The position numbers and the translations under genes are program-made. A stretch of 38,989 nt of DNA from an uncultured Candidatus Saccharibacteria bacterium (lineage in GTDB: Bacteria; Patescibacteriota; Minisyncoccia; UBA6257; UBA9933). The stretch is taken from positions 131,238-170,226 of the forward strand of contig CAZXNT010000001.1 in NCBI GenBank assembly GCA_964642155.1. Reading direction: 5' to 3'. The notes beneath the pieces were generated by a model. The model did not search any database, was not told the origin of the DNA, and was given only the letters and a program-made list of their open reading frames with translations. How positions within the stretch are numbered: position 1 is the stretch's first letter; every line of letters begins with the position of its first letter. Positions 1 to 9,863 of this stretch are shown in pieces.

Positions 1-441
1 CAGTGGTCTTCAAGATTTTTAAAAATTGCCGGCGCCTTGGTTTTATTTTTCGCCTTATTTAACATCAACAGCCAATTGAATGTTTTTGGAATGCCGAGTT
101 TGAATGATATTAAATTTAATAAATTAACGCCGAAAAGCGTTGTTAATAATGATTTACCGCCTATTATTGACGGCAAACAAATCATTAAAATGACCGCTTC
201 AATAAATGGCTATAACCCTAACCGCCTTAAAGCGCGCGCCGACATTCCGATAAAATGGGAAATTGAAGATGTTGGAACAAGCGGCTGCACCAATGCGATC
301 ATTGCGAAAGATTTATTTAGCGGTAAAATATCCTTAACGCCCGGCCAAACCAGCGCTAAAGAATTCACGATTGAAAAACCCGGAATTTATAAATTTACCT
401 GCTGGATGGGAATGGTGTCGGGAACTTTTGAGATAATATGA
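1..441 (+). CDS. C-terminal part of a membrane protein with cupredoxin-like domain (heavy-metal associated), 5' truncated
   Basis: Frame open from base 1; TM segment then [20 protein letters not shown] cupredoxin motif; overlaps copA start. Confidence 0.75.
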   Translation, partial: QWSSRFLKIAGALVLFFALFNINSQLNVFGMPSLNDIKFNKLTPKSVVNNDLPPIIDGKQIIKMTASINGYNPNRLKARADIPIKWEIEDVGTSGCTNAIIAKDLFSGKISLTPGQTSAKEFTIEKPGIYKFTCWMGMVSGTFEII

Positions 442-2642
442 AAACCACTCTAAAAATAACCAATATGGATTGCGCGTCCTGCGCCGCTAATATTGAACAC
501 GCTCTTAAAAAAACAAAGGGCGTGCAAAACGCCGGCGTTAATTTCGCTTCAGAAAAAGCAAGCGTTGAATTTGACGCGTCGCAAATTGATGTCAATGCGA
601 TTAAAAAAATAATCAACGAACTCGGCTACGGCGTCGTTGACGAGTCCGCCGAAATGGCCGGAATGTCCGAACACGAGCATCACCATCCTGACGAGCCGAT
701 TAAAAAATTGAAAAAACGTTTTATTTTTTCACTAATTCTTGGCCTGCCGATTATTTACATAGTAATGGCAGAACTTATTGGCCTACCGGCGATTCCGATT
801 CCGCAGCAAACAGAGGCGCTTATTCAAGCCATTCTGGCAACCGCGGTTATCGCTTTTTGTTTTGATATTTGGAAATATGGGCTTAAAGGATTGTTAAAAA
901 TGCGACCGAATATGGACTCCTTGATTTTTATCGGCACGGCCACGGCTTATTTTTACAGCTTAATAATTTTAATATTATCAATGCCGGGAGACTTGTATTT
1001 CGAAAGCGCGGCTCTTATTTTGATTTTCATTGCTTTGGGAAAATATCTGGAAGCGAAAACCAAAGGCAAAACCGGCGAAGCGATAAAAAAACTTATCGGT
1101 CTCCAGCCAAAAGAAGCGACTGTTATAAGAGACGGACAAGAAATAAAAATAAATATTTCCGAAGTAAAAATCGGCGATATTATTTTAATCAAGCCGGGAG
1201 AAAAAATTCCGGTTGATGGAAAAGTCATTAGCGGATATTCGGCAATTGATGAAAAAATGATAACCGGCGAAAGCATTCCAGTGGAAAAGAAAATCAGCGA
1301 CGAAGTAATTGGCGCCACTATCAATAAAACCGGTTTTTTAAAGATAGAAGCGAAACGAATAGGCAAAGACACTGTTTTGGCGCAAATTATCAAAGTGGTT
1401 GAAGAGGCGATGGAATCAAAAGCGCCGATTCAGCTTTTAGCCGATAAGATTTCTCTTTATTTCGTTCCGGTTGTTATAGTTATCGCCTTATTTTCTTTTA
1501 TTGTCTGGCTCGCGGTCGGGCAAAGTTTCCAATTCAGCCTTACTGTTTTTGTGACGGTTTTGATTATCGCCTGTCCTTGCGCCCTGGGGCTGGCGACTCC
1601 AGTGGCGGTAATGATGGGAACCGGCCTGGCCGCTGAAAAAGGAATTCTAATCAAAAGCGCCGATGCTTTGGAAATCGCCAAAAAAATAACCATGGTGGTT
1701 TTTGACAAAACCGGAACCCTGACCAAAGGAGAACCGGCTGTAACCGATATAATATCCGTGACAAAAAATGAATTATCTATTTTACAAATCGCGGCGAGTT
1801 TGGAAAAAAAATCAGAGCACCCGTTGGCGCAGGCGATAGTTGATGAAGCGAAAAAAAACAATCTGGAATTTTTTGAAGTTGAAAATTTTGAAACCATTCC
1901 CGGAAAAGGCGCGGTTGGCAAAATAAAAAATCAAAAAATTTATATCGGAAATAGAAATTTAATGGCGGAAAACAATATAGAAATCAACGATGAAACGAAT
2001 AAAGTTATTGAAAAATTAGAGCAGCAAGGAAAAACCGCGATGATTATCGCGATGGAAAAAGAAATTATCGGGTTGATTGCGGTCAGCGATACAATAAAAG
2101 AAACATCTATTGAAGCAATTAAAAAATTAAAACAAATGAATAAAAAAATCGCGATGATAACCGGCGACAATAAAAGAACCGCCGAAGCGATCGCCCGCCA
2201 ACTTAATATAGATAATGTCTTATCCGAAGTTTTGCCTCAAGAAAAATCGCGAGAAATAAAAAATCTCCAAGCGCGGGGAGAAATAGTGGCGTTTGTCGGC
2301 GACGGTATCAATGATGCGCCGGCGTTATCGCAAGCAAATTTGGGCATCGCCGTCGGTTCGGGCTCGGACATCGCGATTGAAAGCGGACAAATTATTTTAG
2401 TTAAAAATGATTTGAGAGACGCGGCAACGGCAATTAATTTAAGCGCCTACGCTCTGCGGAAAATAAAGCAAAATCTCTTTTGGGCATTTTTCTATAATAT
2501 CGCCGGCATTCCCATAGCCGCCGGAATTTTATATCCTTTCTTCGGCTGGCTGCTTAACCCCGCAATCGCCGCCGCGGCAATGGCGTTTTCGTCGGTAAGC
2601 GTAATTTTAAACGCCTTGACGATGAAATATCACAACAACTAA
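438..2642 (+). CDS. copA: Copper-translocating P1B-type ATPase
   Basis: MDCASC HMA domain, TGES, CPC, DKTGTLT, SEHPL, GDGIND, YN and MAFSS motifs. Confidence 0.95.
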   Translation: MKTTLKITNMDCASCAANIEHALKKTKGVQNAGVNFASEKASVEFDASQIDVNAIKKIINELGYGVVDESAEMAGMSEHEHHHPDEPIKKLKKRFIFSLILGLPIIYIVMAELIGLPAIPIPQQTEALIQAILATAVIAFCFDIWKYGLKGLLKMRPNMDSLIFIGTATAYFYSLIILILSMPGDLYFESAALILIFIALGKYLEAKTKGKTGEAIKKLIGLQPKEATVIRDGQEIKINISEVKIGDIILIKPGEKIPVDGKVISGYSAIDEKMITGESIPVEKKISDEVIGATINKTGFLKIEAKRIGKDTVLAQIIKVVEEAMESKAPIQLLADKISLYFVPVVIVIALFSFIVWLAVGQSFQFSLTVFVTVLIIACPCALGLATPVAVMMGTGLAAEKGILIKSADALEIAKKITMVVFDKTGTLTKGEPAVTDIISVTKNELSILQIAASLEKKSEHPLAQAIVDEAKKNNLEFFEVENFETIPGKGAVGKIKNQKIYIGNRNLMAENNIEINDETNKVIEKLEQQGKTAMIIAMEKEIIGLIAVSDTIKETSIEAIKKLKQMNKKIAMITGDNKRTAEAIARQLNIDNVLSEVLPQEKSREIKNLQARGEIVAFVGDGINDAPALSQANLGIAVGSGSDIAIESGQIILVKNDLRDAATAINLSAYALRKIKQNLFWAFFYNIAGIPIAAGILYPFFGWLLNPAIAAAAMAFSSVSVILNALTMKYHNN
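2568..2629 (+). repeat. 62-bp direct repeat, copy 1 (copA 3' end)
   Basis: Identical to 3592-3653. Confidence 0.95.
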
Positions 2643-3259
2643 ATAAGGCTGAATTTTATTAATTCTTTTTTTATAATTTTTTCGTTAACCTCAAATCCTT
2701 TTTTGAAAATTATCTTTTCACTATAATTGATGTCGTTAAAATAAGAAAGTTGTATTCTAAAAAATTTTTCATTGAATTCGTTTTTAAAAATTTCGTTGGC
2801 TTTTTTTGATATTTCTTTAACTGAAAAATAATCTTTAATAATAAAATATAAATCAACATAGTCTTTCCACTTTGGCCTTCTGCCCAAGGCATAAGCTTTC
2901 ATTGCCGATAATGTTATCAAGTCCGGCAACTTTATAAAGTTTTCAAATTTTTCGGAAAAATTAATTTTGAACGGAAATTCAAAAAAAGTGAATCTTACGC
3001 CGTTTATCAATAAAGTAAATTGTCCTGTTTCGTCGCGAATTACACGCTCATCTTTTTTAAATGTTGTTATTTTTCTGCGAATATAATAATTATTAAACTC
3101 TTTATCAGTAAATAAATCAAAATCAATTGATTCCCGATGTCCAATGTGAAGCGCGATGGCCGTTCCGCCGACTAATCCAAATTTTTTTTTGAATAAGCCA
3201 ACAAAAGGCAACAATTCAACTTGTTCTTTTGTTAAAATTTCTTTATGCAGTTTTCGCAT
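2639..3259 (-). CDS. AbiEii-like nucleotidyltransferase (type IV TA toxin family)
   Basis: [22 protein letters not shown] and K..A...R..KDYVDLY motifs. Confidence 0.85.
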   Translation of the reverse strand: MRKLHKEILTKEQVELLPFVGLFKKKFGLVGGTAIALHIGHRESIDFDLFTDKEFNNYYIRRKITTFKKDERVIRDETGQFTLLINGVRFTFFEFPFKINFSEKFENFIKLPDLITLSAMKAYALGRRPKWKDYVDLYFIIKDYFSVKEISKKANEIFKNEFNEKFFRIQLSYFNDINYSEKIIFKKGFEVNEKIIKKELIKFSLI

Positions 3260-3518
3260 AGTTATTAAAATATAAACTAAAATAATTTTTTACTTTTTTG
3301 TCGTAATTAGTTCTCCATCCGCTTATTTGTTTACGAAAAATCTTTGCTGTTTTTTTTATGCCGAGTATTTTAAAAAGCGTTTGCACATCATCCCAATTGC
3401 CGTAATTCAAAGTATGCTCCACAATTGATTCATCGGAAAGTTGTGTGACATCTTTCACATACCACGCCAAATACGCTCTCTTTTTTATAAAATTTTTAAT
3501 TTTTTGCCTGTTTTCCAT
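3243..3518 (-). CDS. Small partner protein of the AbiEii-like gene (putative antitoxin)
   Basis: 91 aa, LAWY..IVEHTLNYGNWDD motif, overlaps the nucleotidyltransferase start. Confidence 0.65.
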   Translation of the reverse strand: MENRQKIKNFIKKRAYLAWYVKDVTQLSDESIVEHTLNYGNWDDVQTLFKILGIKKTAKIFRKQISGWRTNYDKKVKNYFSLYFNNYAKTA

Positions 3519-3591
3519 AAATTTTTATTTTAATTATACCAAATTTTACCCCAAAATCAAAATCCGCAATTAATCTTATTTGTTTAATACT

Positions 3592-3653
3592 GCCGCCGCG
3601 GCAATGGCGTTTTCGTCGGTAAGCGTAATTTTAAACGCCTTGACGATGAAATA
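3592..3653 (+). repeat. 62-bp direct repeat, copy 2 (orphan copA 3' end)
   Basis: Identical to 2568-2629; continues as ...MKYREI*. Confidence 0.95.
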
Positions 3654-3682
3654 CCGCGAAATATAAATTTACTACTTAGTAT

Positions 3683-4957
3683 TTACTTAGTATTGTTATA
3701 AATATCTGTAATTTCCGCCGGCGTCAGCGCGCGGTTATAAACCACGACTTCGTCGATGAGGCCGTTAAAATGATTATAATACCCTGTAAGATTTTCCCTG
3801 CCAATTTCATAATCTACTATCTTTGCGTGTATGTAACCTAAAAATTGGGTTTGAGAAGAATCTCCCGCCGAATAAGTGACTGCTTGCAAAGAACCATCAA
3901 CATAAATTTTATTGCCAGTAGAATCTACTGTAAACACAACATGATGCCAGTTATTTAATGAAAAAATATTATTCGTGCTAACAGCGTATTTATAATTGGG
4001 GTCTCCCTCTTTAAATATAAGCGCAGCAAATTTGCCTGCAGTGTTTCTATACAAAGCAAAAAGTCCGTAAAGGCCTCCGACCGTCCCATCAGCTGAACTA
4101 AAAATGACATACTGTCCATCATTTGTGTTGTAAACCCAGGCCTCTATTGAACCTGCGGATAAATTTAGGCTTGCTGGTTTACCTAAAAACACATAATCAT
4201 CCACCCCATCAAAACTTCCCGCAGCCGCACCGTATCTGGCAGTGCCAAAAGTTACTCCATTATAACCAGTTCCGTGATTAGTTCCATTGCTATCTAACCA
4301 GTTATTATCCATTTTATACCAAGAAACAAGGCCATTTGTAGGCCTTGCCCAAGGAGTCGACGTTGTAGCCCCCCCTCCTGAAGTATTCCATAAGGCAAGG
4401 TTGGAGCCTAGTTCAAATCTGTTGAGATCATAACCTCCGTCATTTTGAGCTGTGGGAATAAATTTAATAGATTCTATTTTGGTTGTAAGGGACCAAGAAC
4501 CGGGAATATAAGCGTAATAGTAAGAACTGTTGTTAATTGGGTCTACTGGGAGGATTGCCAAAGAAGGACCTGCTTGGGTGGAAGAGAAATTGACGGGAAT
4601 CCAGCCTGTTCCATCCACTTTTCTGTAATCAGATTCTGGTTTGCAGGCATATGTCCAACCGCTTGAAAGAGAAGGAAGACCTGTATATGAAGAACAGTTT
4701 GAATTGGAACTGGGAAGGGATAGATAGACGACTGAGGAAGTGCCATAATAAAGGGTATTGGAGTTGAAAGTATAGAGTCTTATGGCGTCATCTATAACTT
4801 TGATTTCTGAGAGACGTTTGGCGTCTCTGGATTGTTTGAGGAGTTCCGCGGGGTTGAGAACCAATATAACGACAGTTGCCAATGTTGCCAATACACCTAT
4901 GACGATGAGGAGTTCAAGGAGGGTGAAAGCTTTATTATTTTTATTGTTAAAAATCAT
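3683..4957 (-). CDS. Type IV pilin-like protein with C-terminal LamG domain
   Basis: KAFTLLELLIVI prepilin cleavage motif, RDAKR, LPVDP, LamG motifs WHHVVFT and FNGLIDEVVVYNRAL; start moved to ATG 4957 to avoid ruvB overlap. Confidence 0.85.
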   Translation of the reverse strand: MIFNNKNNKAFTLLELLIVIGVLATLATVVILVLNPAELLKQSRDAKRLSEIKVIDDAIRLYTFNSNTLYYGTSSVVYLSLPSSNSNCSSYTGLPSLSSGWTYACKPESDYRKVDGTGWIPVNFSSTQAGPSLAILPVDPINNSSYYYAYIPGSWSLTTKIESIKFIPTAQNDGGYDLNRFELGSNLALWNTSGGGATTSTPWARPTNGLVSWYKMDNNWLDSNGTNHGTGYNGVTFGTARYGAAAGSFDGVDDYVFLGKPASLNLSAGSIEAWVYNTNDGQYVIFSSADGTVGGLYGLFALYRNTAGKFAALIFKEGDPNYKYAVSTNNIFSLNNWHHVVFTVDSTGNKIYVDGSLQAVTYSAGDSSQTQFLGYIHAKIVDYEIGRENLTGYYNHFNGLIDEVVVYNRALTPAEITDIYNNTK

Positions 4958-4964
4958 ATAATAT

Positions 4965-5942
4965 TTATAATACCAGCCATTTACGGGCGTCGGCGGCAAC
5001 AATGCGCCCTGTCGGCGTCCGCTGAATAAAACCGATTTTTAAAAGATACGGTTCGTAAATTTCTTCAATTGTGTCTTTGTCTTCTCCAAGGGCAGCCGCC
5101 AAAGCGTTAATTCCAACCGGCCGATTATGAAATTTATCAATCATAGTTTCCAACATTCTACGGTCATGAAGTTCCAACCCCATCTCATCAATTCCAAACA
5201 TGTCAAAAACTTCCAAAACAGTTTCCTTTTTAATTATTTTTAAATCATTGACTTCGGCGACATCCCGCGAACGCTTAAGTAAACGGTTTGCCAGCCGCGG
5301 CGTAAAGCGGGACGCCTTGGCAATCGTTAAAATCGCCTCCGGATTGATTTTAACTTTAAGGATTTCCGCCGAACGCTCAATAATCATTTTAATGTCGTCA
5401 TTAGTGTAATAATCAAGATGAAAAATCGCGCCGAATCGAGAACGTAATGGAGAGGAAATTAAATTTACCCTTGTTGTCGCGGCAATTAAGGTAAACGGCG
5501 GCAAATCAAGCGAGATTATTCTTCCAGACGGCCCTTTGCCGACTATAACGCTTATTTTCCCGCTATCCATGGCAGAATAAAAGATTTCTTCAATCGCCGG
5601 ATTCAAACGATGAGCTTCATCAATAAAAATAACATCTCTGTCTTCCAGATTTGTGAGAATGGCGGCCAAATCGCCCGCGCGGCTCAAGCTCGGCGCGGAA
5701 ATAATTTTTAAATTCGCTCCTGTTTCTTTGGCAACCAATGTCGCTAAAGTTGTTTTGCCAAGCCCGGGCTGACCGTAAAATAACAAATGGTCGATTGATT
5801 CATTTCTTTTTTTGGCGGCTTTTAAAATAATTTCCAACCCTTTTTTTATTTTCTCCTGTCCTATATAATCTTTAAACCTTGACGGACGCAGAAATGAATC
5901 TATAAATTGATCTTCTTTTGCGATAGTATTGACTTTTTTCAT
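4965..5942 (-). CDS. ruvB: Holliday junction branch migration helicase
   Basis: LRP..YIGQ, GQPGLGKTT, FIDEAHR, ATTR, PLRSRFG, EPYL, RTPTGR. Confidence 0.96.
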   Translation of the reverse strand: MKKVNTIAKEDQFIDSFLRPSRFKDYIGQEKIKKGLEIILKAAKKRNESIDHLLFYGQPGLGKTTLATLVAKETGANLKIISAPSLSRAGDLAAILTNLEDRDVIFIDEAHRLNPAIEEIFYSAMDSGKISVIVGKGPSGRIISLDLPPFTLIAATTRVNLISSPLRSRFGAIFHLDYYTNDDIKMIIERSAEILKVKINPEAILTIAKASRFTPRLANRLLKRSRDVAEVNDLKIIKKETVLEVFDMFGIDEMGLELHDRRMLETMIDKFHNRPVGINALAAALGEDKDTIEEIYEPYLLKIGFIQRTPTGRIVAADARKWLVL

Positions 5943-5957
5943 AATATATGCTATGTT
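5929..5957 (+). promoter_or_regulatory. Sigma70-type promoter pointing into the structured RNA
   Basis: TTGACT-17 bp-TATGTT with extended TG. Confidence 0.55.
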
Positions 5958-5975
5958 GTTTTTAAATTAGATATT

Positions 5976-6119
5976 AAAACCGTTTGGTCCTGTGGGCAAA
6001 GAAGGAATTATTTTTAGCCATGGACGGTTTGGTTTCGGCTGAACCTATCCTCGAAATAATTCTGACCTCCTTGCCATTACAGTGGGAGTTTAATAGTGCC
6101 CACAGAACTAAGCGGTTTT
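5976..6119 (+). ncRNA. Structured non-coding RNA, 6S RNA candidate
   Basis: 23-bp closing stem with two G-U pairs and one mismatch; inner stem GAATTATTT/AAATAATTC; asymmetric bubble; own promoter. Confidence 0.55.
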
Positions 6120-6439
6120 CCCAGTAGAGGAATTTCAAATTCAAAAAGAATTTTTTAATTCCTTATTTTTTGCAATAATTGTCTTAATCTTAATTTCATA
6201 AATCTGCGACCTTGTGTTGTTTTTAAATATTTTTCTCTTCTCCTTGAATCTTCCTCATTTATACAGGCTTCAACATAAATTAATATCAATGGCAATCTCC
6301 CTTTTGTTGAAAAATTCTTTTTGGCATTATGTTCTTCAATCCTTCTTTTTAAATTATTAGTATAGCCAATATAAAATTTATCATCTTTTTTACTTAATAA
6401 GACATAAACATAATGCCATTTTGAAATTCTCATACTGGG
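6120..6439. mobile_element. GIY-YIG gene cassette bounded by 20-bp imperfect inverted repeats
   Basis: CCCAGTAGAGGAATTTCAAA (6120-6139) vs reverse complement of 6420-6439 CCCAGTATGAGAATTTCAAA, 17/20. Confidence 0.5.
6155..6433 (-). CDS. Small GIY-YIG nuclease family protein
   Basis: YVYVL..FYIGYTNNLKRR..EHN..RREKYLK. Confidence 0.9.
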   Translation of the reverse strand: MRISKWHYVYVLLSKKDDKFYIGYTNNLKRRIEEHNAKKNFSTKGRLPLILIYVEACINEEDSRRREKYLKTTQGRRFMKLRLRQLLQKIRN

Positions 6440-6462
6440 TTTTTATTTGAATTTTTAATTTT

Positions 6463-6573
6463 ACCCCGTTAGAAGTTTAGCCGAGTCGGTAGATATCACA
6501 TAATACATTCTGCGAAATCGCCTTCGGCTTTCTCTTTTATAATATATTATCTATTGTAAACTTCTAACGGGGT
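6463..6573. repeat. 111-bp element with perfect 17-bp terminal inverted repeats
   Basis: ACCCCGTTAGAAGTTTA (6463-6479) / TAAACTTCTAACGGGGT (6557-6573). Confidence 0.9.
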
Positions 6574-8307
6574 TTACCAATTAATCGTTCCCGTTATGGA
6601 TTCCACTTCTTCAAAATCGGTAATTCCTGAAATAATTTTTAAAATTCCGTCTTCTTGCATCGTCACCATCCCCTGCTCGCGGCTGAATTTTTTAATAGCA
6701 GACTCGCCTGATTGTTGGAGAATTAATTCTTCCAATTCTTTATGAGACGCTAAGCTCACATCCGCCTCTCCTTTTAACAATTTTTCGTATTCCGGGTCGT
6801 TTAAAAGTAATTCATAAACGGCAATTCTTCCTTTGTAGCCGGAATTATTGCATTTTTCACAGCCATTTTCTTTGGCGCTAAAAATTTTAATTTCCTTAAA
6901 ATTTTTTTTATTAACCCGCTGAGGCAACACATTTAAAAATTTTTCGATCTTAGCGCGCAAATCATCCGAAATTTCCGTTGGAATTTTACAACTCTGGCAG
7001 AGTTTCCTTATTAATCTTTGAGCAATTATTAAATTCAAAGCCGGTCCGATGCTGGTCGGCTTAACATTAAGGTCTAAGAGCCGGGGGATGGCGGCGGCGG
7101 CGGAATTGGCATGAATAGTGGAAAAGACTAAATGACCGGTTAAAGCGGCTTGAATGCCGATTTCAGCCGTTTCTTTATCGCGCATTTCACCGACTAAAAT
7201 AACGTCCGGGTCCTGCCTCATTAATGAACGCAACCCATTGGCAAAGCTATAACCGGCCTCATCATTAACTTGTGTCTGCTCTATGCCCTCAAGATGATAT
7301 TCGATAGGGTCTTCAATAGTGATTATTTTTATTTCCGAATTTTTTTTATGCTTTAAAAAAGCGTAAAGCGTGGTTGTTTTTCCGGAACCCGTCGGACCGG
7401 TATTAAGAACCATTCCATTGGGCCTTTTAAGCTCAACTTCTATTATTTTTAAATCGTCTTCGCGCAATCCCAAATCGGACAAAGAAAGACTGATTGCTTC
7501 CGGATCTAAAATTCTCATCACGACCACTTCGCCGAATTCCGAAGGCGCGATTGCCACCCTCACTTCAATTTCTTTATTCTCGACTTTAATCGTAAACCGC
7601 CCGTCCTGTGCCTCGTCGCGAATATTTATTTTTAAATTGGACAATAATTTTATTCGCGAAAGCAAATTCGCGTAAAATTCTTTTTTAAAATCAGCCACTA
7701 CATCATGAAGCGCGCCGTCAATTCTTAATCTTAATTTAACATGACGCTCTTCCGGCTCAAAATGAATATCCGAAGCCTTATTGGCCAAAGCGCCGTTTAA
7801 AATAATTCCAAAAACTTTATTGACATCAACGGCCGCTGAAGATGTTTTTTGTAGCGCTTCTTTTATTTTATTTAAAGAATCCAATTTAATTTCTTCATTA
7901 AGAACATTTTTATCACCGCTTATTTCAATTTTGCCGGAAATTTTCCCCTGCTTTTGAGAAATAAATTTATAAAAACCGAGAACACGATTAAGACCATATA
8001 AAGAAACAATAAAAATAGAAGGTTTATAACCCATTGATTCAATTTCTTTTATAGCTTGCTTCGTGCCTTCTGCATTTGGGTCGCAAACAATTATCGCCGC
8101 CTTGCTTTTTGTAGCTTCAATAACAGCAATTTTATTTTTTTTGGCGGATTCTTCCGAAATTAAATTCAACGCTTCAATACTTATTGGAGCCGTTGAAAGA
8201 TCGGCATAAGGCAAATTGTTTTTTTCCGCCAGACGCTTGGCATCGCGCTCTTCAGCCTCGCGCTGTGTTTTGGAAAATTGACTTTTGATTTCAGAAAGAG
8301 ACTTCAT
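6574..8307 (-). CDS. pilB: Type IV pilus assembly ATPase, PilB/GspE family
   Basis: ASDIHFEP, QDGR, GPTGSGKTTT, TIEDPIEY, RQDPDVILVGEMRD, TGHLVFSTIH, CxxC pairs. Confidence 0.92.
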   Translation of the reverse strand: MKSLSEIKSQFSKTQREAEERDAKRLAEKNNLPYADLSTAPISIEALNLISEESAKKNKIAVIEATKSKAAIIVCDPNAEGTKQAIKEIESMGYKPSIFIVSLYGLNRVLGFYKFISQKQGKISGKIEISGDKNVLNEEIKLDSLNKIKEALQKTSSAAVDVNKVFGIILNGALANKASDIHFEPEERHVKLRLRIDGALHDVVADFKKEFYANLLSRIKLLSNLKINIRDEAQDGRFTIKVENKEIEVRVAIAPSEFGEVVVMRILDPEAISLSLSDLGLREDDLKIIEVELKRPNGMVLNTGPTGSGKTTTLYAFLKHKKNSEIKIITIEDPIEYHLEGIEQTQVNDEAGYSFANGLRSLMRQDPDVILVGEMRDKETAEIGIQAALTGHLVFSTIHANSAAAAIPRLLDLNVKPTSIGPALNLIIAQRLIRKLCQSCKIPTEISDDLRAKIEKFLNVLPQRVNKKNFKEIKIFSAKENGCEKCNNSGYKGRIAVYELLLNDPEYEKLLKGEADVSLASHKELEELILQQSGESAIKKFSREQGMVTMQEDGILKIISGITDFEEVESITGTINW

Positions 8308-8325
8308 AATAGTATTCGTCAATAT

Positions 8326-8410
8326 ACGAATTTAAAATAATATACTAATAGTAATCACTAATATACAAATATATTCGTATATTTGCGTTCCATTCGCGTT
8401 ATTCGCGATT
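8326..8410. repeat. Inverted short-repeat array (CGAAT/ATTCG type) in the pilB leader
   Basis: TACGAAT, TACTAAT, CACTAAT, TACAAAT then ATTCGT, ATTTGC, ATTCGC, ATTCGC. Confidence 0.7.
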
Positions 8411-8418
8411 ACTTTTAC

Positions 8419-8447
8419 ATTATACAGAAATAGTTTTCCACAGGCAA
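8419..8447 (-). promoter_or_regulatory. Putative pilB promoter overlapping DnaA-box-like sites
   Basis: Minus strand TTGCCT-17 bp-TATAAT; TTTTCCACA 8434-8442 and CAATCCACA 8445-8453. Confidence 0.55.
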
Positions 8448-8510
8448 TCCACATAATATTAAAAATCTGCTGTTTGACATAATATGGGCAGTCAATAATA
8501 TGAATAACAA

Positions 8511-9863
8511 ATGGAATTGGATCAACTTTGGCAAACAACCTTATCGGAAATAGAGCTTCAAATTTCAAGGCCGAATTTTCTTACTTGGTTTAAAAACAGC
8601 CACCTGATTGAAAAGAAAAAAGACGGTGAAATAATTGTCGGCCTGGCTAATAATTTTTCAAAAGAATGGGTAAGAAATAAATACCATAAAATAATTTTTG
8701 AAATTTTAAAAAATTACGACGATTCGATTAAAAAAATTGATTATACTGTTATTGAAAATAAAGTGGCGTTTTTTAATAACGTCGTTGACGGTTTTGAAAA
8801 ACAACTAGTTATCCCTGAACTTAAAATTGACCAAGAGTCGGGACTTCACCCCCGATATAAACTCGACACTTTTATAGTCGGCTCTTCAAATGAACTGGCT
8901 TACGCCGCCAGTCTCGCGATAATTAAAAATATTGGAAAAAAATATAATCCATTTTTCGTTTACGGCGGCACCGGTTTGGGGAAAACTCATTTAATTCAAG
9001 GAATGGGAAATGAAATTAAAAAAATTTATAAAAATAAAGTGAAAGTGAAATACGTCCATTCGGAAAAATTCGTCAACGAAGTGGTAACCGCCATCCGCAA
9101 TAAACGAATGGAAGATTTAAAAAATAGATATCGGAATATAGATGTTTTAATTATTGACGACATTCAATTTATCGGCGGCAAAGAAAGAAGTGAAGAAGAA
9201 TTTTTTCACACCTTCAATGTTTTATACGAAAACAATAAACAAATAATTATTTCTTCCGACCGGGCGCCGGCGGCCATCCCAACACTCCACGAAAGACTGC
9301 GCTCGCGGTTTGAAGGCGGAATGGCGGCAGATATCACTTATCCGGATTACGAAATGCGAATGGCGATAATTAAAACCAAATTATTGGAAATAAACGGCGA
9401 TTTACCTGATAATATCTGCGAATTAATCGCCTTAAAAGTCCAAAGAAACATCAGGGAGATAGAGGGTATTTTAAATAAAATACTTTTTTATAAAGAGGTT
9501 AAAAATATTGAATTGCAGCCGAAAACCGTTGAAGAAATCATTAATAATGTCATCCAGCAATCAAGTAGGAGAACGACTCCCAGCCAAATAATCAATTCCG
9601 TTGCCGCGTATTTTGAAATTCCACAGGAAGATATAACTGGACAATCAAGAAGAAAAATAACTCTTGAACCGCGCCAAATATCGGTTTTTCTTTTAAGGGA
9701 AATATTGGGGATGTCTTATCCGGATATCGGGGAAAAATTGGGGAAAAGAGACCACACCACAATTATTCATTCTTATAATAAAATATCTAGAGAAATAAAC
9801 ACAAATCACCAATTAAACCAAAAAATAATTTTATTAAAAGAGATGATAAACGAAAATTCGTAA
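8511..9863 (+). CDS. dnaA: Chromosomal replication initiator
   Basis: YNPFFVYGGTGLGKTHL, IDDIQF, LRSRFEGG, RDHTTIIH. Confidence 0.98.
   Translation: MELDQLWQTTLSEIELQISRPNFLTWFKNSHLIEKKKDGEIIVGLANNFSKEWVRNKYHKIIFEILKNYDDSIKKIDYTVIENKVAFFNNVVDGFEKQLVIPELKIDQESGLHPRYKLDTFIVGSSNELAYAASLAIIKNIGKKYNPFFVYGGTGLGKTHLIQGMGNEIKKIYKNKVKVKYVHSEKFVNEVVTAIRNKRMEDLKNRYRNIDVLIIDDIQFIGGKERSEEEFFHTFNVLYENNKQIIISSDRAPAAIPTLHERLRSRFEGGMAADITYPDYEMRMAIIKTKLLEINGDLPDNICELIALKVQRNIREIEGILNKILFYKEVKNIELQPKTVEEIINNVIQQSSRRTTPSQIINSVAAYFEIPQEDITGQSRRKITLEPRQISVFLLREILGMSYPDIGEKLGKRDHTTIIHSYNKISREINTNHQLNQKIILLKEMINENS

Noticed and set aside
4958-5002. Extended N-termini from the ORF track (pilin, ruvC, ftsK, ligase 1, methyltransferase)
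   Set aside because: Extensions overlap neighbours, repeats or terminators; downstream ATGs fit family N-termini
8332-8568. 78-aa minus-strand ORF
   Set aside because: Overlaps dnaA start, promoters and the repeat array; peptide is repeat-derived
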